From a virus, in IMG/VR virus record IMGVR_UViG_3300045988_131275, positions 116,170 to 180,169 of that record: 64,000 nt of DNA. One strand, given 5' to 3'. Under the pieces are notes generated by a model. That model did not search any database and was not told where the DNA came from. It saw only the letters and a list, made by a program, of their open reading frames with translations. Shown in pieces: positions 16,669 to 25,680 of this stretch. Position 1 is the stretch's first letter; every line of letters begins with the position of its first letter. Both the position numbers and the translations under genes were made by a program.

Positions 16669-16973
16669 TTAATTTCCTCCAATTCTTCTATCTTATCCCA
16701 CAAACTTCCATAATAATATGTGTTTAATGTTTCCAAAATCTCATATTGTATAATATTATAAGGATATACATTATCTTCATTATGAGATGTGATATCAGGT
16801 ATAACCACACCTTTACGTTTCCATTCATTTTTGTCATATTCGCCCCATGTTTTATTAGCACAATCAACAAATAAATGTTCTACGTCGTCCCAATATATGT
16901 AAGCGATCGATTTACTTAATATTATCTTATTCTTATCAAATATCGTTCTTTCCGCTCTAACTAATGAATACAT
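16596..16973 (-). CDS. hypothetical protein
   Basis: ORF track. Overlaps the next gene by about 70 nt, so the start of 16402..16668 may be internal. Confidence 0.55.
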   Translation of the reverse strand: MYSLVRAERTIFDKNKIILSKSIAYIYWDDVEHLFVDCANKTWGEYDKNEWKRKGVVIPDITSHNEDNVYPYNIIQYEILETLNTYYYGSLWDKIEELEEIKCLRKDIGLHGLILADIKFVKKNH

Positions 16974-16988
16974 ATGTACCTCCTGTTC

Positions 16989-17207
16989 TCATATTCCATA
17001 GAAAATACTTTCTTTCCTATGCCTGTCTCTTTCAAAATCTTCTTTGACATAATTCCATCTTATAGCGTTTTCTATAGCGTTTAATTCGTCCATAGACAGC
17101 TTTTTGTTTCCGTTCCATATGTATATAGGATCAACTTTAAACTTGATGTATTCAAGCGGTAAATCGTATTTTTCCGCTAATAGTTTATAGAATGTTCTTT
17201 TGTTCAT
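16989..17207 (-). CDS. hypothetical protein
   Basis: ORF track, leftward array. Confidence 0.6.
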   Translation of the reverse strand: MNKRTFYKLLAEKYDLPLEYIKFKVDPIYIWNGNKKLSMDELNAIENAIRWNYVKEDFERDRHRKESIFYGI

Positions 17208-17244
17208 AATATTTTAATTTCTTTCACATTCCATGTGATTCTTG

Positions 17245-17667
17245 TTAAATCATTATATAAGTTTCGCCTTCTCCCTCGTAATTGTTCGCTGCTTTTTCCG
17301 CGTCTTCCAGACTGGAGCAAACAGCTATTCTTTTATAACTCGGGATCTCGACTACTTCAATTTTCATCGGGGTTGTTTCCAAGGTGTCCACGAAGTCCGT
17401 CTGTACGAACTCGTTTTCGTCATCGTCAAACTCGAACTCGTTTTCCTCAATCACATATTCCTCAACTGAGTAAAACGTCATATTGTGATTTTCAAACTTG
17501 CTGACGCTTGTCTTGCGTTTTGCAAGTTCCTTTTTAGCCTCTTCCAGATCGTCAAACGTTTTTATGTATTCAGGGGAAGGATCTAACGCTGTGCATCCTT
17601 CTTCAATGTTCTTTCTGTTTTTGTAGTTAAATTCCGCTGTTCTTTTTACCAGATCATATTTTTTCAT
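17245..17667 (-). CDS. hypothetical acidic protein (locally GC-richer gene)
   Basis: ORF track. Visibly higher G+C than its neighbours. The plus-strand ORFs 17235../17242.. are shadows of it. Confidence 0.6.
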   Translation of the reverse strand: MKKYDLVKRTAEFNYKNRKNIEEGCTALDPSPEYIKTFDDLEEAKKELAKRKTSVSKFENHNMTFYSVEEYVIEENEFEFDDDENEFVQTDFVDTLETTPMKIEVVEIPSYKRIAVCSSLEDAEKAANNYEGEGETYIMI

Positions 17668-17712
17668 GTTCTATTCCTCCATCACGTTCTAATCTTTATA
17701 TTATTGATTATA

Positions 17713-17997
17713 TTACAATGCTTTTAATTTCACAATACCATTATATATAGTAAATTTTCCATATACATAATTGTCTTGTGTAAAGTCATAGTCGTAAACG
17801 TGCCATAATTCTTCTGTATTACATTTCCATCTGTTTTCATTTAAAATATCACAAATTTTCTTTGCGCTTCTATCCGAAGCAAAGAAAGCATATGTTTTTG
17901 AATGTAAGTACTCTTTTCCTTTTACCGCCATTGCAATTAATTTCATATTATTAATTCCTTCCTTATATAATATAATGCATTCTGTTTGATCGTTCAA
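17713..17997 (-). CDS. hypothetical protein
   Basis: ORF track, leftward array. Confidence 0.55.
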   Translation of the reverse strand: MNDQTECIILYKEGINNMKLIAMAVKGKEYLHSKTYAFFASDRSAKKICDILNENRWKCNTEELWHVYDYDFTQDNYVYGKFTIYNGIVKLKAL

Positions 17998-18034
17998 TCG
18001 GCATACAGAAAGACTTCCGTATGCCTATCAGCGG

Positions 18035-18244
18035 TCAAACTTGATTGTATAAACGGTCAATCACTTTCATGATCTTCATCATCAAGCCGTATTCCGTCAG
18101 ACCTTCCCACATGATAATAGAAGTCTTTCCGTTTACAGTAACAAACACGCTTTCTGATTCTTCTGAATACTCCACTGTTACACGCTTGTTATTTGTATAT
18201 GGGTTTTCTTCTAACATTTCATTCATTTTTATAATCCAGTTCAT
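18035..18244 (-). CDS. hypothetical protein
   Basis: ORF track, leftward array. Confidence 0.55.
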   Translation of the reverse strand: MNWIIKMNEMLEENPYTNNKRVTVEYSEESESVFVTVNGKTSIIMWEGLTEYGLMMKIMKVIDRLYNQV

Positions 18245-18265
18245 TTTTCTTTCCTCCCTTGTGAT

Positions 18266-18619
18266 TTAATGAACTTTCCAACATTGCCAATAATAATCTT
18301 CTTTTGTCGCAATTTCTTCCGCAATCATATCAGGATTAAACATTTGCGTTCTTCTGATAAAGTCTTCGTACTGTTCATTAAAATCATCACAATATGTGAT
18401 TTCTTCTGATAAAATTCTACCATCATCACTCGCATATTCATAAATAACACTTGATTCATCACTATTGTACGTTTCCAAAAATTTATTAATTGTTCTGCCG
18501 TCTTCTGTTTCTATTAAATAATCTTGTAAACATTCTTTTGTAATTTTAAATTTTACTTCTCTTTCTACATCCAAAGTATCATCAATATTACAAATTTTTA
18601 ATTCTACAAACTTATTCAT
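18266..18619 (-). CDS. hypothetical acidic protein
   Basis: ORF track, leftward array. Confidence 0.6.
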   Translation of the reverse strand: MNKFVELKICNIDDTLDVEREVKFKITKECLQDYLIETEDGRTINKFLETYNSDESSVIYEYASDDGRILSEEITYCDDFNEQYEDFIRRTQMFNPDMIAEEIATKEDYYWQCWKVH

Positions 18620-18653
18620 ACCAGTTTACCTCCCGTTAAAATGCGAATTTCAT

Positions 18654-18905
18654 TTATAACATATCCGAAAATTCTTTCATTTTGGGATGTGTAAAACCAA
18701 TGGTAACCAATGCGTTATAAATGCCTTCCGCATAACTTATTCCGTCCTGGAATTTCCGAAAATATGTTTCTGCTGAAACTAAATCATTTTCTTTCTTATA
18801 ACGTTCATATGCTTTCCAATCATCATTTGTATCCTGATAGTTTCTAATTGCTTTAATTACTTCGTCAATAAGCTTTTCCGCTTTGTCTTTTTCCAATTTT
18901 GTCAT
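18654..18905 (-). CDS. hypothetical protein
   Basis: ORF track, leftward array. Confidence 0.6.
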   Translation of the reverse strand: MTKLEKDKAEKLIDEVIKAIRNYQDTNDDWKAYERYKKENDLVSAETYFRKFQDGISYAEGIYNALVTIGFTHPKMKEFSDML

Positions 18906-18922
18906 GATTTAATCTTCACCTC

Positions 18923-19165
18923 CTAAAATTCCGCTTTTCGTGTATTCTGATACTTTTCAGTGTATTCAAATTCAGGTTCACCGTAATAAAATCCTGTTAC
19001 TTCTGTACTAATGCAACGATTTGTTTTCTTTTCGATTATATCCGACATAATAAAGGTTGCATCTGCTTCTGATGAATAACATCCATACACAACTTTTTTA
19101 TATGCATCTGCTTCGCCTCCATCGTATGTAATAGTTTTGTTTTTCTTATCTTTAATTATAAACAT
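18923..19165 (-). CDS. hypothetical protein
   Basis: ORF track, leftward array. Confidence 0.6.
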   Translation of the reverse strand: MFIIKDKKNKTITYDGGEADAYKKVVYGCYSSEADATFIMSDIIEKKTNRCISTEVTGFYYGEPEFEYTEKYQNTRKAEF

Positions 19166-19177
19166 ATTACTTCCTCC

Positions 19178-19528
19178 TTAAAATCCATACCATCCGTTAT
19201 TATCTGCTATAAAATTTAGTTTGCTGTTTCTTTCACATATTCTTTTAAAATCCAAGTTTGGCTCACATGACCATCTATCAGCTATATATTTATCTGTTTC
19301 GTATATATCAAATCTAATTGCAGATTCTTCTTTTGATAAATCAACAAGTAATTTTTCACAATATTCTTTCGATATATCAGATACTAAATAACCTACGGAA
19401 CATATTTTTCCACTAAGTTTAACTAAATCCCACATGAAATGAATTTCTCCATCATGTTCTTGAATTATTGCAAAAGAAATTTTCATATTCTTTGATATTA
19501 CATTTAAATATTTATTTATATCTTTCAT
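19178..19528 (-). CDS. hypothetical protein
   Basis: ORF track, leftward array. Confidence 0.6.
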   Translation of the reverse strand: MKDINKYLNVISKNMKISFAIIQEHDGEIHFMWDLVKLSGKICSVGYLVSDISKEYCEKLLVDLSKEESAIRFDIYETDKYIADRWSCEPNLDFKRICERNSKLNFIADNNGWYGF

Positions 19529-19530
19529 TG

Positions 19531-19740
19531 TTATTCTTTCTTCTTTCCTTCATAATCAAAAAATCTTATTAAATCTTGCTCTATATCGTACAACTCAAAA
19601 TTTGATATTTCTATGTCTGTACATTCATCCTCTGTTATTGCATAGCGTTTAATTTCTCTTGCTACAAATTCAGCTAAAGCCTTTACAACCTCCTCTTTCC
19701 CTCTTATTCCTTTTCTTAATATCTTTTCATAATTTGTCAT
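19531..19740 (-). CDS. hypothetical protein
   Basis: ORF track, leftward array. Confidence 0.6.
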   Translation of the reverse strand: MTNYEKILRKGIRGKEEVVKALAEFVAREIKRYAITEDECTDIEISNFELYDIEQDLIRFFDYEGKKKE

Positions 19741-19758
19741 TCTACAATTCCTCTCTTC

Positions 19759-20118
19759 CTATTGCACTGTTACTTCTCTTAGTTTCTCTGAAATGATTGT
19801 CTGTATTGCCGGATATACAGAACCCCATTCATTGATTTCAAAATTTCCATATACGCATGATGTCATTTCGTTATTGTAAACCATTGAAACAATGTGTTGA
19901 CGGCGAATTTTGTGACCATCATATTCTTGATCAATTCTATCTTCTGTTCCGTCATCATACAGCATGTCGTAATATTCTTCTGGTTTAAAACCTTGTTGTA
20001 AATTCTCAATAAAACAGTCCAGATAATCCAGAAGATTCTTTCTTGTATCAAATTCCACTACGCTTGTACAATCAATACTTGGAATGATAAATTTCCTGTT
20101 TTCTTGTGCCTTTTTCAT
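19759..20118 (-). CDS. hypothetical protein
   Basis: ORF track, leftward array. Confidence 0.6.
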   Translation of the reverse strand: MKKAQENRKFIIPSIDCTSVVEFDTRKNLLDYLDCFIENLQQGFKPEEYYDMLYDDGTEDRIDQEYDGHKIRRQHIVSMVYNNEMTSCVYGNFEINEWGSVYPAIQTIISEKLREVTVQ

Positions 20119-20156
20119 ACTGTTCCCTCCCTTGAAATTGTACTTTTATCTGTTCT

Positions 20157-20321
20157 TTATTTCTCTAAACTGTTTAAATAGTTCCATACAGAACTGTTAA
20201 ATTCGTTTCTTGATACGTCCATATCAGTAAAATTCTTTTCCGATACGGCAGAAACATTATAACCGTTTCTGTTATCGTCTACGTGTATCACCTGTCCATC
20301 TTCAAAAATATTTATATTCAA
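20157..20321 (-). CDS. possible small protein (54 aa, TTG start)
   Basis: Fills the 200-nt gap. TTG overlaps the upstream TGA (TTGA). ..NINIFEDGQVIHVDDNRNGYNVSAVSEKNF.. Confidence 0.3.
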   Translation of the reverse strand: MNINIFEDGQVIHVDDNRNGYNVSAVSEKNFTDMDVSRNEFNSSVWNYLNSLEK

Positions 20322-20545
20322 GCCTTGCACGTTTCCACCACCTCTCTGATATAATAGTCTTTCAGATAGTAACGACTTGAGCGTGGGTTATTACGCTTTA
20401 TAACGTAACCTCTTCCATATCTTCCCTTATAAGGTTCTTTGATTTCTTTTCCTACTGGGATATATCCTCTATCGCTTGCAGTGTGGTGATAGTTGTATTT
20501 AATTTCTTTCATGCTTTCCACCTTCCTTACTGTATAAAGTCCCAA
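20318..20545 (-). CDS. hypothetical basic protein
   Basis: ORF track, leftward array. Confidence 0.55.
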   Translation of the reverse strand: MGLYTVRKVESMKEIKYNYHHTASDRGYIPVGKEIKEPYKGRYGRGYVIKRNNPRSSRYYLKDYYIREVVETCKA

Positions 20546-20934
20546 CGTTCTATAACGTCGTCGTCATAATTTGAAAATGGATTATATACGCAATAAGTAA
20601 TAATCAGATCGCCTTTTCTCGCCCCTTTTACGCTTGCATATGAGATATAATAACCGCCATCGACAGGAGGATTGAGTACAGTTCCGTTCTTTTCATTATC
20701 AGTTACTTTTCCGATAATGCGTTCTATGTACATAACGTTATGATCTTTCCGTGTCGTAAGCATTTCCTCTGTTAAGTCGTTGCAATCAATGATTTTTACC
20801 ATAGGTGCAGCTTTTACCGCTTCCGTGTATTCTGTAGCGTTTACAGGTGCGCTTGTTGTGTTTCCGATAACTGTTAAGGTTGCAAGTGTAGCAAGTAATA
20901 CCTTCTTAATTCTGTTCTTCATAATTGTTTCCAC
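20527..20934 (-). CDS. secreted hypothetical protein (signal peptide)
   Basis: N-terminus KKVLLATLATLTVIGNTTSAPVNA looks like a Sec signal peptide with an AxA-type cleavage site. Confidence 0.6.
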   Translation of the reverse strand: METIMKNRIKKVLLATLATLTVIGNTTSAPVNATEYTEAVKAAPMVKIIDCNDLTEEMLTTRKDHNVMYIERIIGKVTDNEKNGTVLNPPVDGGYYISYASVKGARKGDLIITYCVYNPFSNYDDDVIERWDFIQ

Positions 20935-20949
20935 CTTTCTTATATATAA

Positions 20950-21111
20950 TTAATATCCTTTTGCAATGTAGTCTAAAAACATCCAAACAGGCATTGTAAA
21001 CAGGAAGAAAGCGCAAATATATGTAAGTGCTTTCTTGATTTTCTGTTTACGTTCCTGTTTAAATACTGCTTTCCAATAGGCTCTTTCTTCTTTGTAAATA
21101 GTTCTTTCCAT
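20950..21111 (-). CDS. small single-TM membrane protein (53 aa)
   Basis: GAGGGAG SD, then ATG at 21111. MERTIYKEERAYWKAVFKQERKQKIKKALTYICAFFLFTMPVWMFLDYIAKGY. Preferred over the track ORF 20973..21191 in another frame. Confidence 0.5.
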   Translation of the reverse strand: MERTIYKEERAYWKAVFKQERKQKIKKALTYICAFFLFTMPVWMFLDYIAKGY

Positions 21112-21217
21112 ATTAGTCTCCCTCTTTTCTTGTTGTGTTGTTTGCCATTATAAGCACTATAAAAGGCACGAATGATATAATTCCCATTCATGCCCTATTT
21201 AGTGATTATAAGTGTGC

Positions 21218-21571
21218 TTAACGTCTTTCAAACGTATATTTACGGACAATTTTCGTTTCCTTGTCGGGCGAAATACTAATTGATACAATCGGAATATATC
21301 CTGCGATTGTATACGTCATCTCTACACGTTCATAACCGCCTAAATTTTTGAAGAATGGGACAGCATCAAACACGTTGCAATAAAACTCTACACTTGTTTC
21401 TTTCTCTGTCTTTTCGGTTTCTTTCCAACGTGAACCAACTTTGTTGTATTCTGTTTTTGTTTCCGTGATTTTATATATGTTTTCAGTTCCATAAAGCCCT
21501 GAAATTTCTGGATATTTCTTTAAGAGTGCCTTATATGTATTTTTAAATTCTGTATATGTCATAGTTTCCAC
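21218..21571 (-). CDS. hypothetical protein
   Basis: ORF track, leftward array. Confidence 0.6.
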   Translation of the reverse strand: METMTYTEFKNTYKALLKKYPEISGLYGTENIYKITETKTEYNKVGSRWKETEKTEKETSVEFYCNVFDAVPFFKNLGGYERVEMTYTIAGYIPIVSISISPDKETKIVRKYTFERR

Positions 21572-21585
21572 CTGTTTAACCTTTC

Positions 21586-21756
21586 TTATTTAATCTCTGT
21601 GAACATCTCAATAGGTGCTGTTATAGTTGCATCTTCACAAGTTGCGGAAATAACAATTTCTCCGTCCTTTGTGATTCTGTAGTTACCTGTATAAATGCAT
21701 TCAATCGAATGCACTTTGTCGTTATTACCATAAATAAGTTTCTGTCCTTTTGTCAT
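21586..21756 (-). CDS. small hypothetical protein (56 aa)
   Basis: Not in track. GGAGGT SD, then ATG at 21756. MTKGQKLIYGNNDKVHSIECIYTGNYRITKDGEIV.. Confidence 0.45.
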   Translation of the reverse strand: MTKGQKLIYGNNDKVHSIECIYTGNYRITKDGEIVISATCEDATITAPIEMFTEIK

Positions 21757-21761
21757 GATGT

Positions 21762-21914
21762 TTACCTCCCCATCAAAGCGTTGATTGTTTCAACGTTCTT
21801 CAAAACCTGTTTACGTGTCTCTTCATACTGTTTTGACATTGCTTTAATTTCTGCAATGTCTTTCCTGATAGCTGTCGTATATGAATTTTTACGACGGAAT
21901 AACTTTTTGAGCAT
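21762..21914 (-). CDS. small hypothetical protein (50 aa)
   Basis: Not in track. GGAGGTG SD, then ATG at 21914. MLKKLFRRKNSYTTAIRKDIAEIKAMSKQYEETRKQV.. Confidence 0.45.
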   Translation of the reverse strand: MLKKLFRRKNSYTTAIRKDIAEIKAMSKQYEETRKQVLKNVETINALMGR

Positions 21915-21927
21915 TCTGTACACCTCC

Positions 21928-22137
21928 TCACATGCACCGACAAATCAAACCACCTCTTGTGCGGTTACGTTTCAGAGTTGCTAACTCTCTTTCAAGAGTG
22001 TTTGATCTTTCGATCAGGTCAACGGGCACAGACTCCTGATTCCAGAAGTCATAGCAAGCGGAAATTTGACTTTCCACTTCTGAAAGTTCTTTCTCAAGAG
22101 TGTTGATGGTTGTATATTCTCCAAAATATTTAATCAT
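21928..22137 (-). CDS. hypothetical protein
   Basis: ORF track 21928..22209. The internal ATG at 22137 (MIKYFGEY) follows AGGAGA. Confidence 0.5.
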   Translation of the reverse strand: MIKYFGEYTTINTLEKELSEVESQISACYDFWNQESVPVDLIERSNTLERELATLKRNRTRGGLICRCM

Positions 22138-22247
22138 GGCATATTCTCCTTTTCTTATTCTCTGTTTATAAGCATTACAAAAGGCACAACGTTTACTTTG
22201 TTGTGCCATCTCTAAAACCTATAACGCTTTTTTATAAAACATGGATT

Positions 22248-22817
22248 TCATCTTGTATAATATTTCTGGACGTTTATTGTGTCCTCTAAGTCACACATCT
22301 TACATCCCTTGACGTTTTCAAGTTCTTCTTTAATATCTACTGGAAAAGCAAGACTTTTGAAAGTCTCTTCACATTCTGCAAGAATTTGATTCTGAATCAT
22401 ATCTGGTAATTCACATACATATGTATGGGCTGTAATTTTTGTTATTTCGGTTTCAATCTCCTGTTCTTCCTGTTCATTATTATTTGAAAATCTAAAGAAA
22501 TCACCTTCACCAAAATGTAAATCATACTCCCATAATTTATGCAACTTACTTTCGTTTGGCTTACGATGGAAAACAAGTTCCCCGTCGTTATCGTCTGCCC
22601 ATACGCTAAAGGAGCAACGTGTACCCTGTAATGTAATGTACCAACCTTCTTTATAACAGGTTAATGTGCCATGCTCTAATATCCATGAGGAAGTTAATTC
22701 AAAGTTACGTTCTAAAGCGTTAATCAAAACACACTTTTTATTTTCTGGCATTTCCTCTAATATCCATGTAACAATGTTTTTTAAATCTCTTTCAAATTTT
22801 GTTAAATCCTTAATCAT
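22248..22817 (-). CDS. hypothetical protein (first gene of the leftward array)
   Basis: ORF track. GGAGGA SD. Confidence 0.6.
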   Translation of the reverse strand: MIKDLTKFERDLKNIVTWILEEMPENKKCVLINALERNFELTSSWILEHGTLTCYKEGWYITLQGTRCSFSVWADDNDGELVFHRKPNESKLHKLWEYDLHFGEGDFFRFSNNNEQEEQEIETEITKITAHTYVCELPDMIQNQILAECEETFKSLAFPVDIKEELENVKGCKMCDLEDTINVQKYYTR

Positions 22818-22902
22818 TTTTAAATCCTCCTGTTATATTATGTATTCTCTTTTTGTTTTCATTTTTGCAAGCCATTGTATGAAGTCAATTCAAACACTTT
22901 CA

Positions 22903-22920
22903 ACTACTACTCACTACTCA
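22903..22920 (+). repeat. tandem ACTACTC motif (ACTACTACTCACTACTCA)
   Basis: Core of the dispersed ACTACTCTYCTAT family, lying in the divergent control region. Confidence 0.4.
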
Positions 22921-23396
22921 GGTACAAGCCTTTCATTTTTGCCCGTTAAATTTATGTCCTGTGCTTCAATGCCTTGCAAAGTCAAAACAAAAAAGTAAGT
23001 ATTTAATTGATATAAGATCAACTCTGTACTTGCTTGAAAAAGTTTGGTCATCACAATCTTTTATTTATCTGACTTTTGACTGTCAGTGGAAATTATTATG
23101 TACAATCATGTGTATCATCACTCCTTTACTTATAAGCTGTATATTTTTGTATACCGTAATTGCCAACGGTTGAGTGCTCCACTCATTTTTATACTTGCTT
23201 TTGTAATCGGTTTACTTTTTGCAAGTGAGATACATTTGTATTACGGGAGTGTCTCCCCCGATTTTTAATTTTGATATACCAGATAAAATTATCTAAAGAA
23301 CTGGTATGGTATAGGCGATACCGCTATATTCAATTTTTAATTTTGCCTTATGTATCAACTTGTGTCAGATTATAAAACTTACATTAAGATATAGGA

Positions 23397-23446
23397 CTTA
23401 TTGACTCTGCCTGTATCATATTTTTAATGGTCTTATTGACTCTGCC
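23397..23446. repeat. 15-bp direct repeat CTTATTGACTCTGCC x2
   Basis: Exact copies at 23397-23411 and 23432-23446. Confidence 0.7.
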
Positions 23447-23504
23447 ATTAAAAACTGTATTTTGTTTTTTATCTCTGTCCCTCTGTTGATGGTATTACTA
23501 TATC

Positions 23505-23594
23505 ATAGGGTACCCTATTAGTCAATAGGTTACCCTATGATTTTTTATGTTTGTGAATTGTGTATAATTTACATATTTATATAGGGTACCCTAT
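23505..23594. promoter_or_regulatory. three palindromic operator-like sites ATAGG(G/T)TACCCTAT
   Basis: Perfect 14-bp palindrome ATAGGGTACCCTAT at 23505-23518 and 23581-23594. Variant ATAGGTTACCCTAT at 23525-23538. All lie just upstream of the rightward promoter. Confidence 0.55.
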
Positions 23595-23626
23595 TAGTAC
23601 AATATACACAAATGTCAATAGAAAAG

Positions 23627-23655
23627 TTGACAGGATAAAGCTATAATGTTAATAT
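23627..23655 (+). promoter_or_regulatory. sigmaA-type promoter (TTGACA-17-TAATAT) for the rightward genes
   Basis: TTGACA at 23627-23632, 17-nt spacer, TAATAT at 23650-23655. About 70 nt upstream of 23725. Confidence 0.6.
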
Positions 23656-23660
23656 GTAAT

Positions 23661-23670
23661 ACTACTCTTA
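23661..23670 (+). repeat. ACTACTCTTA copy of the dispersed motif at the predicted +1 of the rightward promoter
   Basis: aatACTACTCTTAcacc. CTCTT can pair with AAGAG 13 nt downstream. Confidence 0.35.
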
Positions 23671-23724
23671 CACCAAAATAAAAAGAGAATTATTACATAT
23701 ATAAATAAAGGAAGGTGTAAGAAT

Positions 23725-23913
23725 ATGGCATATAGCCCAAAATCACAAAAAGATTATAATGATAGATGTACAGTTGTAAAACTTAAATATACACCAGAAG
23801 AAACGGAAGAATGTGCAAGAATGAAACGGTATGCAAAAGATAATAACATACCAATGAGCGTATATATTAAGAAGCTAATACAGGATGATCTTGACAGAAA
23901 AGGTTATAAATAA
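23725..23913 (+). CDS. putative ribbon-helix-helix regulator
   Basis: ORF track. GGAAGGTG SD. C-terminal IPMSVYIKKLIQDDL is typical of CopG/MobC-like RHH proteins. Confidence 0.6.
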   Translation: MAYSPKSQKDYNDRCTVVKLKYTPEETEECARMKRYAKDNNIPMSVYIKKLIQDDLDRKGYK

Positions 23914-23917
23914 ATAT

Positions 23918-24364
23918 ATGATAGACGATAAAATAACAAAAGAGCACATAGAACATTTAAGAGACATAAACTATTATGATGCTTTAAAGTTGTTTGATAA
24001 TGGAAATATACGTTATTTATATGATGATTTATTTATAGAGTATATACGCCATATAATAAGGAAATGTTTATTTATAACTGACACTGACAGCATAACAGAT
24101 ATAATATATAAATTTTTTATTGTATCTGGTAACGTGTCAAGATGTTTAGATATGCTTAGATATAATAATATACAGTATAATCAAAAGTTATCAAATGGAA
24201 GATATAGAATCAATAAAGAAGATATATACAACGCCTTAAATAATGGAAGATGTGCAGATATAGAAATAGATTTTGTTGCACATTTATTGTGGTATGGAAG
24301 AAATTACAATGAATTAGATAGTTATATAGATACTATGTTGTCAAAGATAAAACAGTTGTATTAA
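23918..24364 (+). CDS. hypothetical protein
   Basis: ORF track 23885..24364. ATG at 23918 (MIDDKITKEH) avoids overlap with the RHH gene. Confidence 0.55.
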   Translation: MIDDKITKEHIEHLRDINYYDALKLFDNGNIRYLYDDLFIEYIRHIIRKCLFITDTDSITDIIYKFFIVSGNVSRCLDMLRYNNIQYNQKLSNGRYRINKEDIYNALNNGRCADIEIDFVAHLLWYGRNYNELDSYIDTMLSKIKQLY

Positions 24365-24429
24365 CCACATATAATAGGAAGTAACACAATCAACCTATTA
24401 TGATCTGCATAACCTGTTATCATGCTCAA

Positions 24430-25560
24430 AATGTACAGATAGCGTTATAAGCGTGTATTTGACGTTTTAAGGCGTTTTAATGCTTATATGATAATTATAT
24501 AGGCTCTTGCGCTTAAAGTCGTTTATATGGCGTTTTAGAGTGTTGTTTTTAGAGTAGGTTGTACTTATGAGCGTATATCTGGGTAAGTTTAGAGCGTGCA
24601 GCATGATGATATTTTAGTATCATTTTAATATATTTTTAAGTGTATTTTTACGTCGAAATGTGCGCTATTTTATGCAAGAATATTGTATATTTATACAGTT
24701 TATTTGATGTATTTTTATGCAAAAAAGTGTATAGAATAGCGTTGTTTTTTGTGTCTGGAAATAGGGAAAATATTGCGGTAAAGTGTGCGGAAAATTGTCT
24801 GATTTATGGCGTGAAGGTGGTGTAAATTTGTCTGTTTGGAGTGTGGTTTTTTATGTGATTATTGGATAATTTTATCTTGTTTTTATGTGGTTTTTATGCC
24901 ATGTAATGGGATAATTTTATTATGATCTGCTGTTATATTTTAATGCCTGGATGGTGTTAGAATGTAGTATCTATAGGCGTTTATGATGGTAGAATTGTGA
25001 TGGAATTGTTATGCAGATATGATGTAATTGTACATTGTTTAGTGTGTTAATCTATGTGTATTTACGTTGGATTATGTGAGTATTTGTGTTGTGTATTGCA
25101 TGGTATATTTAGGCATTATAATGGTAATATTATGAGCGTAATGTCAGGCGTATAGTGTGGCATATCATGGATAGATATAGATGTATATTGTAGGTTATAT
25201 GTGTAATGTGGTGTGAGATATAATGTATATTATATTGTATATTAGTGTGGATTATGTATGATATATTTGATGTTATTATGTGGGTGTGGTGTATTGAGTT
25301 AATATGATTTTGTAGTGTGTTTGGGATGTGATTTTGTCTGCTGTTGTGCGTCCAGATTGTTTTATTTCGTCCAGATTTGTGTGTTATGTGAGTGTGTTAC
25401 AATTTTTGTGTTACATTTGTGTATTATGGTGTAGTGGTGGGCTATCCCATTTTTACCGCTGTTTTTGATGGTAAAGTGGAGTGTATTAGTCTATTTTATT
25501 ACATTTTTGTGGTGTAAGTGGTGATATGATTTTGTGTTATGATTTTGTATTATAATCTTG
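24430..25560. other. ORF-free G+T-rich, C-depleted arm (plus strand)
   Basis: Direct reading: 25201-25320 contains no C at all. Short dispersed repeats occur (GGATAATTTTAT x2, ATTATGATCTGC x2, CGTCCAGATT x2). Confidence 0.8.
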
Positions 25561-25570
25561 TAATTTAATT

Positions 25571-25592
25571 TTTAGGTGTAATTACACCTAAA
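25571..25592. repeat. 22-bp perfect palindrome TTTAGGTGTAATTACACCTAAA at the end of the GT-rich arm
   Basis: Checked base by base. Same outer arms (TTTAGGT/ACCTAAA) as the palindromes at 28933 and 29132. Confidence 0.9.
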
Positions 25593-25630
25593 CGAACAGA
25601 ATTGACCAATAGTCATTTATACGCATTTTT

Positions 25631-25680
25631 TCTCTCATTTTCTCTTGTTTTCTCTAATTTTCTCACTTTTTCATTTTTCG
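25631..25680 (+). repeat. five tandem 10-bp units TCTCnnnTTT (helical phasing)
   Basis: tctctcattt / tctcttgttt / tctctaattt / tctcactttt / tcatttttcg, exactly 10 bp apart. Confidence 0.8.

Noticed and set aside
20973-21191. 72-aa track ORF MNGNYIIRAF...
   Set aside because: It has no SD and an odd basic low-complexity sequence. A 53-aa ORF in another frame (20950..21111) has a strong GAGGGAG SD and a clean transmembrane segment, so that one was annotated instead.
25571-25592. Hairpin-telomere (telRL) site of an N15-like linear plasmid prophage
   Set aside because: No protelomerase-sized (500-640 aa) tyrosine-recombinase-like gene is present in the window, and the two recombinases are ordinary-sized. 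The idea cannot be supported from sequence alone, although terminal mapping would settle it.
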